A stretch of DNA of 63,847 nt, counting the filler. It is 4 parts of 4 records of this genome, joined end to end, with 100 filler letters (N's around TTAATTAATTAA, not from the genome) between each part and the next. Parts side by side here need not be neighbours in the genome. Positions count along the whole stretch, not along the records: positions 1 to 29,622 come from DRR723986_3476; 3 more parts are not named here. One strand, 5' to 3'. Within the stretch, counting starts at the first letter, position 1. Each line of letters opens with the position of its first letter. The position numbers and the translations under genes are program-made. This document shows positions 10,423-20,053 of the stretch, piece after piece. The notes beneath the pieces are model-generated. The model ran no database searches. It saw only the letters and a list, made by a program, of their open reading frames with translations, and was not told where the DNA came from.

Positions 10423-11430
10423 TTATTTTGCAACAGGGGTGAGGTCTTCGATCTCACGCAGCAAGTGGTCCGGAATTTCGATACCCTGGACCGATGCAAT
10501 CCGGCGGGCCTCGGTCTTTCCGGAGCCCGGAAGCCGTGTCCCTTCTTGCGAGAGGATCTCTGACAGAAGAGTCTCCAGACGAGAGGCATATCCGCTTCCC
10601 GAAATGTCCGGCCGGATGGCGATTATGGTCTGACCCACGCCCGGAGGGGCGCCGTCGACATCAAAGAAGGAACTGGCTTCAAAGGCGTGGTTCGCTCCAA
10701 TGAGGCTGGCAGACAGTATCTCGACCATCAAGGCAAGGGCTGCGCCCTTTGCGTCCCCTAGCGGTATCATCGTACCTTTCAGGGCTTCGTCAGGATCGGT
10801 TGTCGGATTGCCATCCCGGTTCAAGGCCCACCCTTCAGGGATGGTCTTGCCAGCCTTCGACGCCGCCATCACCTTGCCACGGGCAACTTTTGACAAGGAC
10901 AGGTCGATGACCAGCGGGACACTGCCTTCGCGTGACGTGGCAAAGGCTATGGGATTGGTTCCGAAAACCGGCCGCGAACCTCCCCAGGGCGCCATGGCTC
11001 CGGGCGAATTGGCAACCATCAGGGCGACAAACCCGCGTTCCGCCAACCGCTCGACGTGCACACCGAGCTGACCGCAGTGGTGCGACCGGCGGATACCGGC
11101 GATGGCGATACCCGTCTTGGTCAGCATTTCAGTCAAACCATCAATGGCCGCGTCGATCGCCGGAAAGGCAAATCCATTCCCGGCATCGACAATGAGGCTG
11201 CCGGTAAATGGCCGTGCGACCTGCGGGACCGCATGGCCGTCGACCTTGCCGGACTTCGCCTGCGCCGCATAGGCGGCAACACGCGAAAAGCCGTGCCCCT
11301 TTTGACCGTCGACCTCTGCCGCAACAAGCGCCTTGGCGACAGACGCAGCGTTCGCCGGAGAGACATTGCTGGCAACGAGAGCATCCTGGATTAACGCTTC
11401 AGCCGCCGCGATGCTAAGCAGTTTGGACAT
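10423..11430 (-). CDS. comC: Ldh_2-family oxidoreductase, probable (R)-3-sulfolactate dehydrogenase
   Basis: GHG, SHHCG, GTNPIAF, DLSLS..ARGK and KG motifs; adjacent to slcC and suyAB. Confidence 0.8.
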   Translation of the reverse strand: MSKLLSIAAAEALIQDALVASNVSPANAASVAKALVAAEVDGQKGHGFSRVAAYAAQAKSGKVDGHAVPQVARPFTGSLIVDAGNGFAFPAIDAAIDGLTEMLTKTGIAIAGIRRSHHCGQLGVHVERLAERGFVALMVANSPGAMAPWGGSRPVFGTNPIAFATSREGSVPLVIDLSLSKVARGKVMAASKAGKTIPEGWALNRDGNPTTDPDEALKGTMIPLGDAKGAALALMVEILSASLIGANHAFEASSFFDVDGAPPGVGQTIIAIRPDISGSGYASRLETLLSEILSQEGTRLPGSGKTEARRIASVQGIEIPDHLLREIEDLTPVAK

Positions 11431-11431
11431 T

Positions 11432-12361
11432 CTAGTAATCCTTCAATGCGCGCCGGACATTCTCAACCGTCAGGAAACTGACACGCGTGTTGCCTTCGTC
11501 AGTGACCCCTGCAATGTGCGGGGTGAGAACAAGGTTGGGACATTGGTCAAAAAGGAGCCCGGCTTCGGCCGTGAGCGGTTCGGTTTCGAAAACGTCAAGC
11601 GCGGCCCCGCCGAGCTTGCCGGCCTTGAGCGCGCCGACCAGGGCAGCCTCATCCACGATCCCGCCGCGGGCTGTGTTTATCAATACCGCGCCATTCTTCA
11701 TCTTGCTGATTGCAACGGCATCCAGCATTCCCCGCGTCGTGTCCGTCAACGGCACGTGAAGGCTCAGCACATCGGATTGGCGGATGAGGTCGTCGATTTC
11801 CATTCGCTGGACGTTGTTCCAGGCCGGGTGGTCCGCGGGCAGGAAGGGATCATGGGCGATCACCTGCATGCCAAGGGCTTGCGCGCGGGATGCCACTGCC
11901 CGGGCAATGTCGCCAAAGCCCACCAAACCCATTATGCGGCCTGCAACTTCTCCACCGCGTCCCAGTTCGGACCGTGGCCAGGCACCCTTGATCATCTCCT
12001 GGTTGGAGCTGTAGCTGCGACGAACCAAATTCATTGTGGCACCGATCACATACTCGGCGACCGAGAGTGTATTGGCTCCCGTAGCCGGCAGAACGGCAAT
12101 GTTGCGAGCCTTGCAGGCTGCGAGATCGATGTTGTCCAGTCCAACACCGAGACGTCCCACGGCCTGAAGTCTCTGGGCTGCGTTCAGCATCTCCTGATCT
12201 ACCTGGGTGCGGTTTCGCACAATGACCGCATTGGCTTGCGAGACCGTGGCAAGCATCTTGCCACGGTCGTCAACAAGCGACGGATCATAGGTGACGGCGA
12301 AGTCGCCCCCGAATGTCTCGAGAGCGGCTTCATCCATAAATTCCGTAACCACGATGCGCAT
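11432..12361 (-). CDS. slcC: D-2-hydroxyacid dehydrogenase, probable (S)-3-sulfolactate dehydrogenase
   Basis: EFMDEAA N-terminus, IVRNRTQV, GRLGVGLDNID, PATGANTLSVAEY, INTARG, TPHIAG; context next to comC and suyAB. Confidence 0.82.
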   Translation of the reverse strand: MRIVVTEFMDEAALETFGGDFAVTYDPSLVDDRGKMLATVSQANAVIVRNRTQVDQEMLNAAQRLQAVGRLGVGLDNIDLAACKARNIAVLPATGANTLSVAEYVIGATMNLVRRSYSSNQEMIKGAWPRSELGRGGEVAGRIMGLVGFGDIARAVASRAQALGMQVIAHDPFLPADHPAWNNVQRMEIDDLIRQSDVLSLHVPLTDTTRGMLDAVAISKMKNGAVLINTARGGIVDEAALVGALKAGKLGGAALDVFETEPLTAEAGLLFDQCPNLVLTPHIAGVTDEGNTRVSFLTVENVRRALKDY

Positions 12362-12364
12362 GTG

Positions 12365-13546
12365 TCAGGCCGATCGATACAGCTTGGTCATCGAGAATTC
12401 CCGATGTCCGAGTGCTTCGGAAGCCGTGTTCCGGCCGTTCGCTGTGCGGACGATCATTTCGATCAAGGCATCGCCAGCCTGGTCGATCGTCATTTCGCGG
12501 TTCAGCACCCCGGTCACATCGACATCGATGTGTTCGGACATGGTCCGCAAGGTTCTCGGGTTGCCCGAAATTTTCACGACCGGAATAATCGAGTTGCCGA
12601 TGACGTTGCCCTGACCCGTCGGGAAGGTGTGAATGACGTATCCTGCGGCAGCCATCAGCGTCACGCATTCCGCAGCCGCCGAGGAGGTGTCCATGAAGTA
12701 GAGTCCCGGGCCCTTTTCCGGGGCTTCGGCGGGGCCCATCGCATCGATGTAGGTCGATGTCCGGCCGATTTTCTCCAGATTGCCGAGAGCTTTTTCCTCA
12801 ATCGTGGTCAGGCCGCCGAGGATATTGCCCTTGGTCGGCTGACTGTCCGACAGGTCTGACGTCTTGAAGGGCTCGATAACCTCGTCCTGATAGGCCTGGA
12901 AGATCTTCATGAACTTCTCGCCAGCTTCCGGGGTGGCCGCGCGCTTGACGCAGATATGTTCCGCACCGGTGATCTCTGAGGTTTCACCAAAGCAGCCGTA
13001 TATTCCTTCCGGAAGCAGCTTGTCGTACATGTTGCCGACCGTGGGGCAGGATGACAGACCCGTGGTGGTGTCGCTTTCCCCGCATTTGGTCGAAATCCAC
13101 AAATCGCTGATCGGGCACTCTTCCTTCTGCAGTTCCGTTGCCCATTGAACGAATTCCTTGGCCTTCCAGCTCGCCTGCCGGATGGTCTCGAAATCACCTT
13201 TCTGTTCGATGGAAATTCCGAACACCGGTTTGCCGGTCTTGGCAATGCCGTCGACAACGATGCTCGTCCATTCAGGTTCGATCCCGATCACGACCACAGC
13301 CGCAACATTGGGATTGGCGCCGGTGCCGATGATCGTTCTGAAGTGAAGGTCGAGGTCTTCCCCGAATTGGAGGCGTCCATAGGCATGGGGGATGGCCATG
13401 GTGCCCTTGACGTTATTCGCAACAGCTTCGCACGCTGCATTCGAAATATCGTCGACAGGCAGGATCACAACGTGGTTTCGAACGCCGACACGGCCATTTT
13501 CGCGGCGCCAGGCGTTTACGGTCATCTTGGAAAAATCTTGCGCCAT
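12365..13546 (-). CDS. suyB: (2R)-sulfolactate sulfo-lyase beta subunit (UxaA family)
   Basis: [54 protein letters not shown] and HTFPTGQGN motifs. Confidence 0.9.
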   Translation of the reverse strand: MAQDFSKMTVNAWRRENGRVGVRNHVVILPVDDISNAACEAVANNVKGTMAIPHAYGRLQFGEDLDLHFRTIIGTGANPNVAAVVVIGIEPEWTSIVVDGIAKTGKPVFGISIEQKGDFETIRQASWKAKEFVQWATELQKEECPISDLWISTKCGESDTTTGLSSCPTVGNMYDKLLPEGIYGCFGETSEITGAEHICVKRAATPEAGEKFMKIFQAYQDEVIEPFKTSDLSDSQPTKGNILGGLTTIEEKALGNLEKIGRTSTYIDAMGPAEAPEKGPGLYFMDTSSAAAECVTLMAAAGYVIHTFPTGQGNVIGNSIIPVVKISGNPRTLRTMSEHIDVDVTGVLNREMTIDQAGDALIEMIVRTANGRNTASEALGHREFSMTKLYRSA

Positions 13547-13548
13547 GG

Positions 13549-13836
13549 TTACCACCTTTTGGTCTTGCAGTTGTGAACGTGAACGTGGTCGCCGATGGCG
13601 ACATCAGAGATCATTCTGCCGATATCCTCGCCGTATTTGATCACCGTATCGTCGGCCTTCATCGCCTTGAGCGCGACCTTGTGGCCGATCGGAATGTCGG
13701 TATTGGCCTTCAGCTTGAAATCGGAATTGTCTGCGGTGACGACGCAGAGCATTTCCGTGCCGGCTATCAGACCTTCCACGACGACGACACCCACGTTGTC
13801 TTCGTGATCGTGGACTAAGAGTTGCGGTTTGCTCAT
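13549..13836 (-). CDS. suyA: (2R)-sulfolactate sulfo-lyase alpha subunit (SAF domain)
   Basis: [27 protein letters not shown] and [12 protein letters not shown] motifs. Confidence 0.9.
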   Translation of the reverse strand: MSKPQLLVHDHEDNVGVVVVEGLIAGTEMLCVVTADNSDFKLKANTDIPIGHKVALKAMKADDTVIKYGEDIGRMISDVAIGDHVHVHNCKTKRW

Positions 13837-13870
13837 GGGTACCTCCAGTGTGAGTTCTTGAGTATGATTT

Positions 13871-13888
13871 CTTATATTTTATATAAGA
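13871..13888. promoter_or_regulatory. Putative GntR operator upstream of suyA (CTTATATTTTATATAAGA)
   Basis: TTTTATATAAGA (13877-13888) is one mismatch from TCTTATATAAGA; an extra half-site is adjacent. Confidence 0.7.
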
Positions 13889-13929
13889 ATAAAAACGCAG
13901 AATGCCGCTTTTGAGGCTTTTCTGTCCGG

Positions 13930-15042
13930 TTACGGCAACAACGTCGCCCGGAATGGTTGACTGGAACCGGTCAACCCGCGGAGCGCGTCATAGACATCCA
14001 GGGTGGACACCGGATGTTGCATGTTGTGGATCCGGCTTCCCTGACGCGTTGCAAAGACTGCAATCTGCCGCAGTTCTTCGTGGGAAAGGTCAATCAGTCC
14101 GACATCGCGCAGGCGTCGCGGCATTCCGACTTCCTCGTAGAAACTCAGAATGTCGGCCATGAAGGCGTTGTCCCGGCCTTCCAGGGCGAACTGTGCCAGA
14201 AGGCCAACGGCGACCTCTTCTCCATGGAGAATGCCTTTTGCCTGCGGCAGCACGGAAAGAGCCATGCCAATCGCGTGTGCACCGGCAACACCACAGCCCT
14301 CGAAGCCGAGCCCGCTGAGCAATATGTTGGCTTCAACCACCTTTTCCACGGCAGGACTGGTCTGCGTGTTCAAGACGTCACGAACCGCTGCCCCACCATG
14401 TTTTCGCAACACGGTGTAGCAGTGGTCGGCGAGGCAGATTGCCGTCTCGGTGGGCTGGGCGTCGAAGAAGTTGTTCTTGCCCGCAAGCCGCACCTGGTCA
14501 GCTTCGAACTTCGTGGCCAAGGCATCCGCAATTCCGGCACGGAAAAACCGGACCGGCGCTTTCGCAACAACTTCCGTGTCCACAAAGATGGCATCGGGAT
14601 TTGTCGTCAGGAATTTTGGACCGAGGAACTTTCCGTCCTCGTCGTACATGATCGCCAATCGGCTGGTGGGGGAATCGTTCGAAGCGATTGTCGGAGCCAC
14701 GATGACGGGAACACCCGTGTCGATCTTGACGGCCTTGGCAGCATCAATCGCTTTGCCACCGCCAAGACCAATCACGCAATCAAGGTCTTTCGAACGTACT
14801 CGTTCCACCGCAGATGCCACGGCTTGAGGTGAACACTCACCAGCAAAATCGTCGAATGTGACATCAAGGTTGGCGGCTTGCATTGAGCGGCTGATCGTGT
14901 CGCCGTAGTTCGTTTTAACGAACTGGTCGCAGACGATGAGCGGCTTCTGTCCGAAAGGCCGGACGAGTTCGCCGAGATGCTCAAGCAAACCGCTTCCTTG
15001 TTTATAGATCGATGGGAAACCAATCGCGAACATGTACTTCAT
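13930..15042 (-). CDS. Glycerol dehydrogenase (GldA)-family metal-dependent polyol dehydrogenase
   Basis: PSIYKQG, GLGGGKAIDAAK, PTIASNDSPTS, AGIADALATKFE, LSGLGFE..G..AH and HGEEVA motifs. Confidence 0.85.
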   Translation of the reverse strand: MKYMFAIGFPSIYKQGSGLLEHLGELVRPFGQKPLIVCDQFVKTNYGDTISRSMQAANLDVTFDDFAGECSPQAVASAVERVRSKDLDCVIGLGGGKAIDAAKAVKIDTGVPVIVAPTIASNDSPTSRLAIMYDEDGKFLGPKFLTTNPDAIFVDTEVVAKAPVRFFRAGIADALATKFEADQVRLAGKNNFFDAQPTETAICLADHCYTVLRKHGGAAVRDVLNTQTSPAVEKVVEANILLSGLGFEGCGVAGAHAIGMALSVLPQAKGILHGEEVAVGLLAQFALEGRDNAFMADILSFYEEVGMPRRLRDVGLIDLSHEELRQIAVFATRQGSRIHNMQHPVSTLDVYDALRGLTGSSQPFRATLLP

Positions 15043-15051
15043 CCATTTTCA

Positions 15052-15075
15052 GGGACGGGACGAAACGCCCGTCCC
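15052..15075 (-). terminator. GC-rich stem-loop between dctP and the dehydrogenase gene
   Basis: GGGACGGG-N8-CCCGTCCC inverted repeat. Confidence 0.45.
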
Positions 15076-15091
15076 ACTTGCGCTTTGGTTG

Positions 15092-16117
15092 TTACTGGCC
15101 AGCCGCGGCTTTTGCTTCTTCTACGGCCTCGAGCATAACGTTCAGCCATTTGTCGCCATATTTCTCGACGTACCAGTCCTGCATCGCCTGGCGAGCGCCA
15201 AGGAAGGTCTCCCGGTCCTCTTCGGTTGGCGTGTAAATGGTGCCGCCCGCAGCTTCGAAGTCGGCATTCGCACTGGCTTCCACTTCCGCGTTGAATTTCG
15301 TCTGTTCTGCCGCGGCAAACTTGAAGCCGTCCAGAACGACGGTTTTCATCTCGTCGGGAAGGCCGCTCAGCCAGCTGTCGCTCACGAAGTAGTAGCCAAA
15401 CAGGAATGTATGCCGGTCGAGAATGACATTCGTGACCACTTCGTTGAACTTGTTGGACATGATGTCAGGGGTACCGTTCTTGGTGCCATCAACGACGCCG
15501 GTGGACAGTGCGGTATAGAGTTCGCCCCAGGCCACAGGGGTGGCAGAAGCGCCCAGGCTGCTGACGAATTGCTGCTGCAGCGGGGAGCTGATCGTGCGGA
15601 TCTTCATCCCCTTGAGATCGTTTGCGTTATGCACCGGCTTGGTCGTGAAAAAGGAACGCCAGCGACCACCGTCGCTCACGGCGACAAGGCGAGTGTTCGG
15701 CAGCTTTTCCATCACCGCGTCGGTCATGGCATCGCTAAAGGAACCTTCCATGAATTTGTAGGCGACTTCGTCATTCGGCAAGATGTACTGCAGGTCGACA
15801 ACGGCCAGTTCAGGCACGAACGGCGTGACCCCTCCAATGGACACGTGCGCGACTTCAAGCGCTCCTGCGTTCACCTGCTCCATCACTTCCTGGTAGTTGC
15901 CAAGCTGGTTGCCAGGATAGATCTCGACAGCAATACGGCCGTTCGAATTCTCTTCGATATAGGACTTAAGCGACGTGGATCCGACGTAGTCGTCGTTTGC
16001 CATGGTGGCGGGCCCGGCATGGGCGATTTTCATCGTGAAATCCTGGGCCTGGGCGGCGCTAGCCAATCCAAAACCCAACGCAATTGCAGTCACTGCGCTT
16101 TTCAAACCGATCTTCAT
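15092..16117 (-). CDS. dctP: TRAP transporter substrate-binding protein
   Basis: Signal peptide, YPGNQLG, DLKGMKIR and ELYTALSTGVVDG motifs. Confidence 0.93.
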   Translation of the reverse strand: MKIGLKSAVTAIALGFGLASAAQAQDFTMKIAHAGPATMANDDYVGSTSLKSYIEENSNGRIAVEIYPGNQLGNYQEVMEQVNAGALEVAHVSIGGVTPFVPELAVVDLQYILPNDEVAYKFMEGSFSDAMTDAVMEKLPNTRLVAVSDGGRWRSFFTTKPVHNANDLKGMKIRTISSPLQQQFVSSLGASATPVAWGELYTALSTGVVDGTKNGTPDIMSNKFNEVVTNVILDRHTFLFGYYFVSDSWLSGLPDEMKTVVLDGFKFAAAEQTKFNAEVEASANADFEAAGGTIYTPTEEDRETFLGARQAMQDWYVEKYGDKWLNVMLEAVEEAKAAAGQ

Positions 16118-16144
16118 AGTACTCCTCCATTTGAAGATTAGTTG

Positions 16145-17434
16145 TTAGACGGGATAGCCAAGTAGTCTTGGCAGGGCGAGAGAGATGTCTGGGATCAGGG
16201 TGATGGCCAGGATCACCAGGATGTGCACCAGATAAAAAGGCAGCATTGCCCGGACGATTTCCCCCACCCGGAGCTTTGAAACCGCCGCGGATGCGAACAA
16301 GACAAGTCCAAAGGGCGGAGTTGCCAGGCCGATGGTCAGGTTCAGACACATGATGACCGCGAAATGGATGGGGCTGATATCCATGCCCAGCATTGTCGGG
16401 CCCAAGACCGGCCCGACGATCAGAATGGCCGGCCCGGCATCAAGGAACATGCCGACGACAAACAGCACCAGATTGATCAGCAAGAGGAAGAGGATGGGGT
16501 TTTCCGTGATGTCCAGAACCAGGCGCGCAAGGGACTGCGGGATACCGGCGATATTGAGCGCCCAACCGAACAGGGAGGCGGATCCTATCATCAGAAGAAC
16601 AATCGATGAGGATTTCGCCGCTCTCACGAACAGGCCGGGGATTGCACCGGGGGTCAGTGTCCCGCTGACGAGACTGAGAACCAGCGAATAGGCGACCGCC
16701 AGCACGGCTGCTTCCGTCGGCGAGACGATCCCAAGAAGGATACCGCCGAGAATGATGACCGGCGTCATCAACGGGAAGAAGCCTTGAACAATTCCGGTGA
16801 CGGCTTCGTTCCTTGAAGGAAGACCCTCACGTTTGGGGAAGTTGTGCTTCCGCGCGATGAGAGCGGTCATTGCCATAAGGCTGACCCCCATCAGAAGTCC
16901 GGGAACGAGTCCGGCGGCAAAAAGAGCTCCGACCGACACATTCATGATGTATGCGTAGACGATCATGATGATGCTCGGAGGAATGATCGGCCCGATTATC
17001 GAGGACGCAGCGGTGACGGCTGTTGCGAATTTGCGGGTGTAGCCATCCTTCTCCATCGCGGGAATGAGCATCGATCCTAATGCGGTGGTGTCTGCAACGG
17101 CGGAACCGCTCAATCCTGCAAACAGAATGCTCGACAGGATGTTCACATGGGCCAGGCCGCCTCTCAGGTGGCCGACGAGAAGCTTCGAGAACGTCACGAG
17201 CCGGCGGGTGATCTCGCCTGCGTTCATGATTTCCCCGGCCAGAATGAACAGGGGAATTGCAAGCAACGGGAACTGGTTGATACCCGCAAAAAACCGCTGC
17301 AAACCTATCTGCGCCATCACCTGCTTGCCATCGATCACAAACCCGGCAAGCGGTCCGAAGGCGAGGGCGAAGACTATCGGCATGCCCAGCAACGCCGCGA
17401 CGATCGTCAAGCTAACAAACAGTGGCATGATCAT
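16145..17434 (-). CDS. dctM: TRAP transporter large permease
   Basis: FPLLAIPLFILAG, SGSAVAD, IIPPSI, PTEAA and TPPFG motifs. Confidence 0.95.
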   Translation of the reverse strand: MIMPLFVSLTIVAALLGMPIVFALAFGPLAGFVIDGKQVMAQIGLQRFFAGINQFPLLAIPLFILAGEIMNAGEITRRLVTFSKLLVGHLRGGLAHVNILSSILFAGLSGSAVADTTALGSMLIPAMEKDGYTRKFATAVTAASSIIGPIIPPSIIMIVYAYIMNVSVGALFAAGLVPGLLMGVSLMAMTALIARKHNFPKREGLPSRNEAVTGIVQGFFPLMTPVIILGGILLGIVSPTEAAVLAVAYSLVLSLVSGTLTPGAIPGLFVRAAKSSSIVLLMIGSASLFGWALNIAGIPQSLARLVLDITENPILFLLLINLVLFVVGMFLDAGPAILIVGPVLGPTMLGMDISPIHFAVIMCLNLTIGLATPPFGLVLFASAAVSKLRVGEIVRAMLPFYLVHILVILAITLIPDISLALPRLLGYPV

Positions 17435-17940
17435 TCACCCGTCGGCTGGTCTAGGTGAGGAAAAATCGGCCGCAACGCCTGTTCCACGCACAAGGGAACG
17501 ATGAGCAGAAACCCGACAGGAACGGCGAGATAAACATAGCCTTGCTTTATCCAGTCGAGGCTGGGTACGATGCGAGCCATCCCCTGCTTCACAAAGCCGA
17601 AGCTCACCCACACGACCATCACAGCGATAAAACAAACCGCCACATAAACGGCCGTGTTGACCATCTTGGCGAGCGGAGAAGGTAATACGGAGAGCAGCCC
17701 CTCAACAGCGATGTGCCCTTGCCGCATCCCGACCACGAGCCCCAGCAAGGTCATCCAGACCAGCGAGATGAGACACGCGTCATCGCTCCAGGAAAGCGGA
17801 TTGTTCAGGACGTATCTGCACAAGACCGAGACGGTCATGATGACAACGATCACCCCGAGAAGGGACGCGATCGCCGCCGTGCAGACACGCATCAACACCG
17901 AGTTGAGAGCGACGAGCGCCCTGTAAACGTTTGAAGCCAT
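17431..17940 (-). CDS. dctQ: TRAP transporter small permease
   Basis: Four TMs, RYVLNNPLSWSDD, HIAVE; ATGA overlap with dctM. Confidence 0.92.
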   Translation of the reverse strand: MASNVYRALVALNSVLMRVCTAAIASLLGVIVVIMTVSVLCRYVLNNPLSWSDDACLISLVWMTLLGLVVGMRQGHIAVEGLLSVLPSPLAKMVNTAVYVAVCFIAVMVVWVSFGFVKQGMARIVPSLDWIKQGYVYLAVPVGFLLIVPLCVEQALRPIFPHLDQPTGE

Positions 17941-17991
17941 TTCCTCCCCGCGCGCTATTACGCAAAGGCGTGTTTTTTATCGCCTTATGTA

Positions 17992-18003
17992 TCTTATATA
18001 AGA
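17992..18003. promoter_or_regulatory. Putative GntR operator TCTTATATAAGA
   Basis: Perfect 12-bp palindrome in the divergent dctQ/kinase promoter region. Confidence 0.75.
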
Positions 18004-18046
18004 AATAAATTGAATGAACGTCAAGTGTTGAATCTTCAATTTTTAT

Positions 18047-18060
18047 ATCTTATATAAGAT
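18047..18060. promoter_or_regulatory. Putative GntR operator ATCTTATATAAGAT
   Basis: Perfect 14-bp palindrome; second copy in the same divergent promoter. Confidence 0.75.
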
Positions 18061-18112
18061 TGAAATTGCAGTCGTTAAGACCCGCGTTGATAAGGGGTCG
18101 TCGGGAGGTGCG

Positions 18113-19021
18113 GTGGAAATGAAATCACCCGTAGTCGTGTGTGCTGGCATAGTAACGGTCGACGCGGTCTACCTGATAAAGGGCGCTCTTGAGGAGGGGC
18201 TGAAGCACAGGGCTTCGCATTCCTATCTGACCACTGGCGGATGCGCTTTGAACGCCGCACATGCGATTGCCTCTCTCGGCGGTAAGGCGTTTCTTTCGGG
18301 CGTGGTGGGCGATGACATCTTCGGAAAGTTTGTCCGGGATGAACTCAGGAATCTCCGGATCGATGGCCGGTATCTGACCGAGCGGGCAGGAGAGGCGACA
18401 GCGCATTCGGCCGTGCTGGTCGATGTGAACGGCGAACGCACCATCATCAATCATCGCTCTGAGAACCTGTACGAAATCGGCGCCGCCCGGGTCGATTTGC
18501 AAGAGGCTTCCGGCGTCCTGGTCGACACACGCTGGCCAAAAGGGGCTGTGGATCTGGTCGAAGCGGCACGCTCGGTTGGAATTCCCTGTGTTGTCGATGC
18601 GGAGGCTCCGGTGAACCACGCCGCAGAGGCCTTGCGCGGGGCAACTCATGTTGCGTTTTCCGAGCAGGGGCTCGCCGATTTCGCCGGCGGAGCAGACGCG
18701 GATGCGCTTTCCCGTGCCGCCGCGAGCCTCAGGGCATGGGTCTGCGTCACTCGAGGCTCATCCTCCGTCCTTTGTCACGACGGACAAACGCTGTCCGAGG
18801 TGCCCGCGTTCAAGGTGAAAGCCGTTGACACGCTGGGAGCCGGAGACGTTTGGCACGGCGCCTTCACGCTCGCGCTTTGTGAAGGCTATGGCGAATTGGA
18901 GGCTATAAGACGCGCCAACGCTGCGGCCGCGTTGAAGACCACACGAATTGGTGGCGGCTCTCCGCTGCCCTGTAAAAACGAAGTCGAGAATTTTCTAAGG
19001 GAGACTGTTTCATGCCACTGA
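18113..19021 (+). CDS. PfkB-family sugar kinase, sulfofructose kinase (YihV)-like
   Basis: GG.ALNAA, VGDD, GERTIINH, VLVDTRW, HVAFSEQGL and VDTLGAGDVWHGAF motifs resemble E. coli YihV. Confidence 0.85.
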   Translation: MEMKSPVVVCAGIVTVDAVYLIKGALEEGLKHRASHSYLTTGGCALNAAHAIASLGGKAFLSGVVGDDIFGKFVRDELRNLRIDGRYLTERAGEATAHSAVLVDVNGERTIINHRSENLYEIGAARVDLQEASGVLVDTRWPKGAVDLVEAARSVGIPCVVDAEAPVNHAAEALRGATHVAFSEQGLADFAGGADADALSRAAASLRAWVCVTRGSSSVLCHDGQTLSEVPAFKVKAVDTLGAGDVWHGAFTLALCEGYGELEAIRRANAAAALKTTRIGGGSPLPCKNEVENFLRETVSCH

Positions 19022-20052
19022 GCGCTGGAAAATTGTGGGGCATGCGCCGAATGGCCGACGCCAACGGGCTGTTCAAGATGACCGCCGTGGACCAAAGGCC
19101 ACCAATTAAGGCTGCGATTGCCAAACACTACGGAACGGACACGGCTCCGTATGACGATGTGGCTGAATTCAAGCGGTTGCTGATTGAAACACTGCAAGAC
19201 AAATCGACCGCGCTTCTTCTCGATCCTCATTTCGCAATTCCCAGAGGTCTCCCGACCCTGTCGCCAACCAAGGGACTGATTGTGACCCTGGAGGACTCGA
19301 TTTTCGAGGACACGGGCAAAGGCCGCCGGTCCTCGCCGATCGATGATTGGTCCGTCGGCAAAATCAAACGTATGGGCGGTGACGCGGTGAAGGTTCTTGC
19401 CTGGTACCGCCCGGATGCCGATCCGGAGATAAATCGCCACCAGCAGGACTTCACGAAACGGATCGGTGAAGCCTGTTCAAAATACGATATCCCGTTCCTT
19501 TTCGAACTCCTGGTATTCCCGCTCGACTCCGATGTTCACCAGACCAAGGACTACGTCGAGATGCAGGGCAAGCGATCCGATGATGTCCTGAAATCCGTTG
19601 AGGAATTCGCGAAACCGGACTACGGCGTTGATGTCTTCAAGCTCGAAAGCCCTGTAAGCGCGGCTGACGTTCCAGGCGTCGGTGAGGGTGACTGGCAAGC
19701 GGTTCAGCAGATATTCGACGAAATGGGCAGGCTTGCCGGAAGGCCCTGGGTGATGCTTTCTGCCGGCGCCAGCAAACCGGCTTTCCGCAAGATCCTGAAC
19801 CACGCCTATAAAGCCGGCGCTTCCGGCTATCTGGCCGGACGGGCAATCTGGCTGGACGCCTTCGGTCACTTCCCCGACTGGGGCAAGATTCGGGAAGAAC
19901 TCTCGGGCGACGCAGGCACCTACATGGACGATTTGAACGCCCTGACGGATGCAGAAGCAACACCCTGGCACAAGCACGCTGTTTTTGACGGGGAGGGCGA
20001 CGCGTTTTCTCCGGCAGATGCTTCCTTCCGGCACACATACGGAGACATCTGA
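19012..20052 (+). CDS. Class I aldolase, LacD/YihT family (tagatose-bisphosphate / sulfofructose-phosphate aldolase)
   Basis: AVDQR, DAVKVL, DVFKLE (Schiff-base Lys), WVMLSAG and GASGYLAGRAIW motifs. Confidence 0.88.
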   Translation: MPLSAGKLWGMRRMADANGLFKMTAVDQRPPIKAAIAKHYGTDTAPYDDVAEFKRLLIETLQDKSTALLLDPHFAIPRGLPTLSPTKGLIVTLEDSIFEDTGKGRRSSPIDDWSVGKIKRMGGDAVKVLAWYRPDADPEINRHQQDFTKRIGEACSKYDIPFLFELLVFPLDSDVHQTKDYVEMQGKRSDDVLKSVEEFAKPDYGVDVFKLESPVSAADVPGVGEGDWQAVQQIFDEMGRLAGRPWVMLSAGASKPAFRKILNHAYKAGASGYLAGRAIWLDAFGHFPDWGKIREELSGDAGTYMDDLNALTDAEATPWHKHAVFDGEGDAFSPADASFRHTYGDI

Positions 20053-20053
20053 T

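Noticed and set aside
11333-16141. Long plus-strand ORFs (e.g. 11333-12859, 13957-14832, 15032-16141)
   Set aside because: Antisense shadows of well-supported minus-strand genes in GC-rich DNA.
19949-20053. N-terminal extension of the aldehyde dehydrogenase in the ORF track
   Set aside because: Overlaps the aldolase; the ATG at 20054 with a GGAG RBS is the better start.
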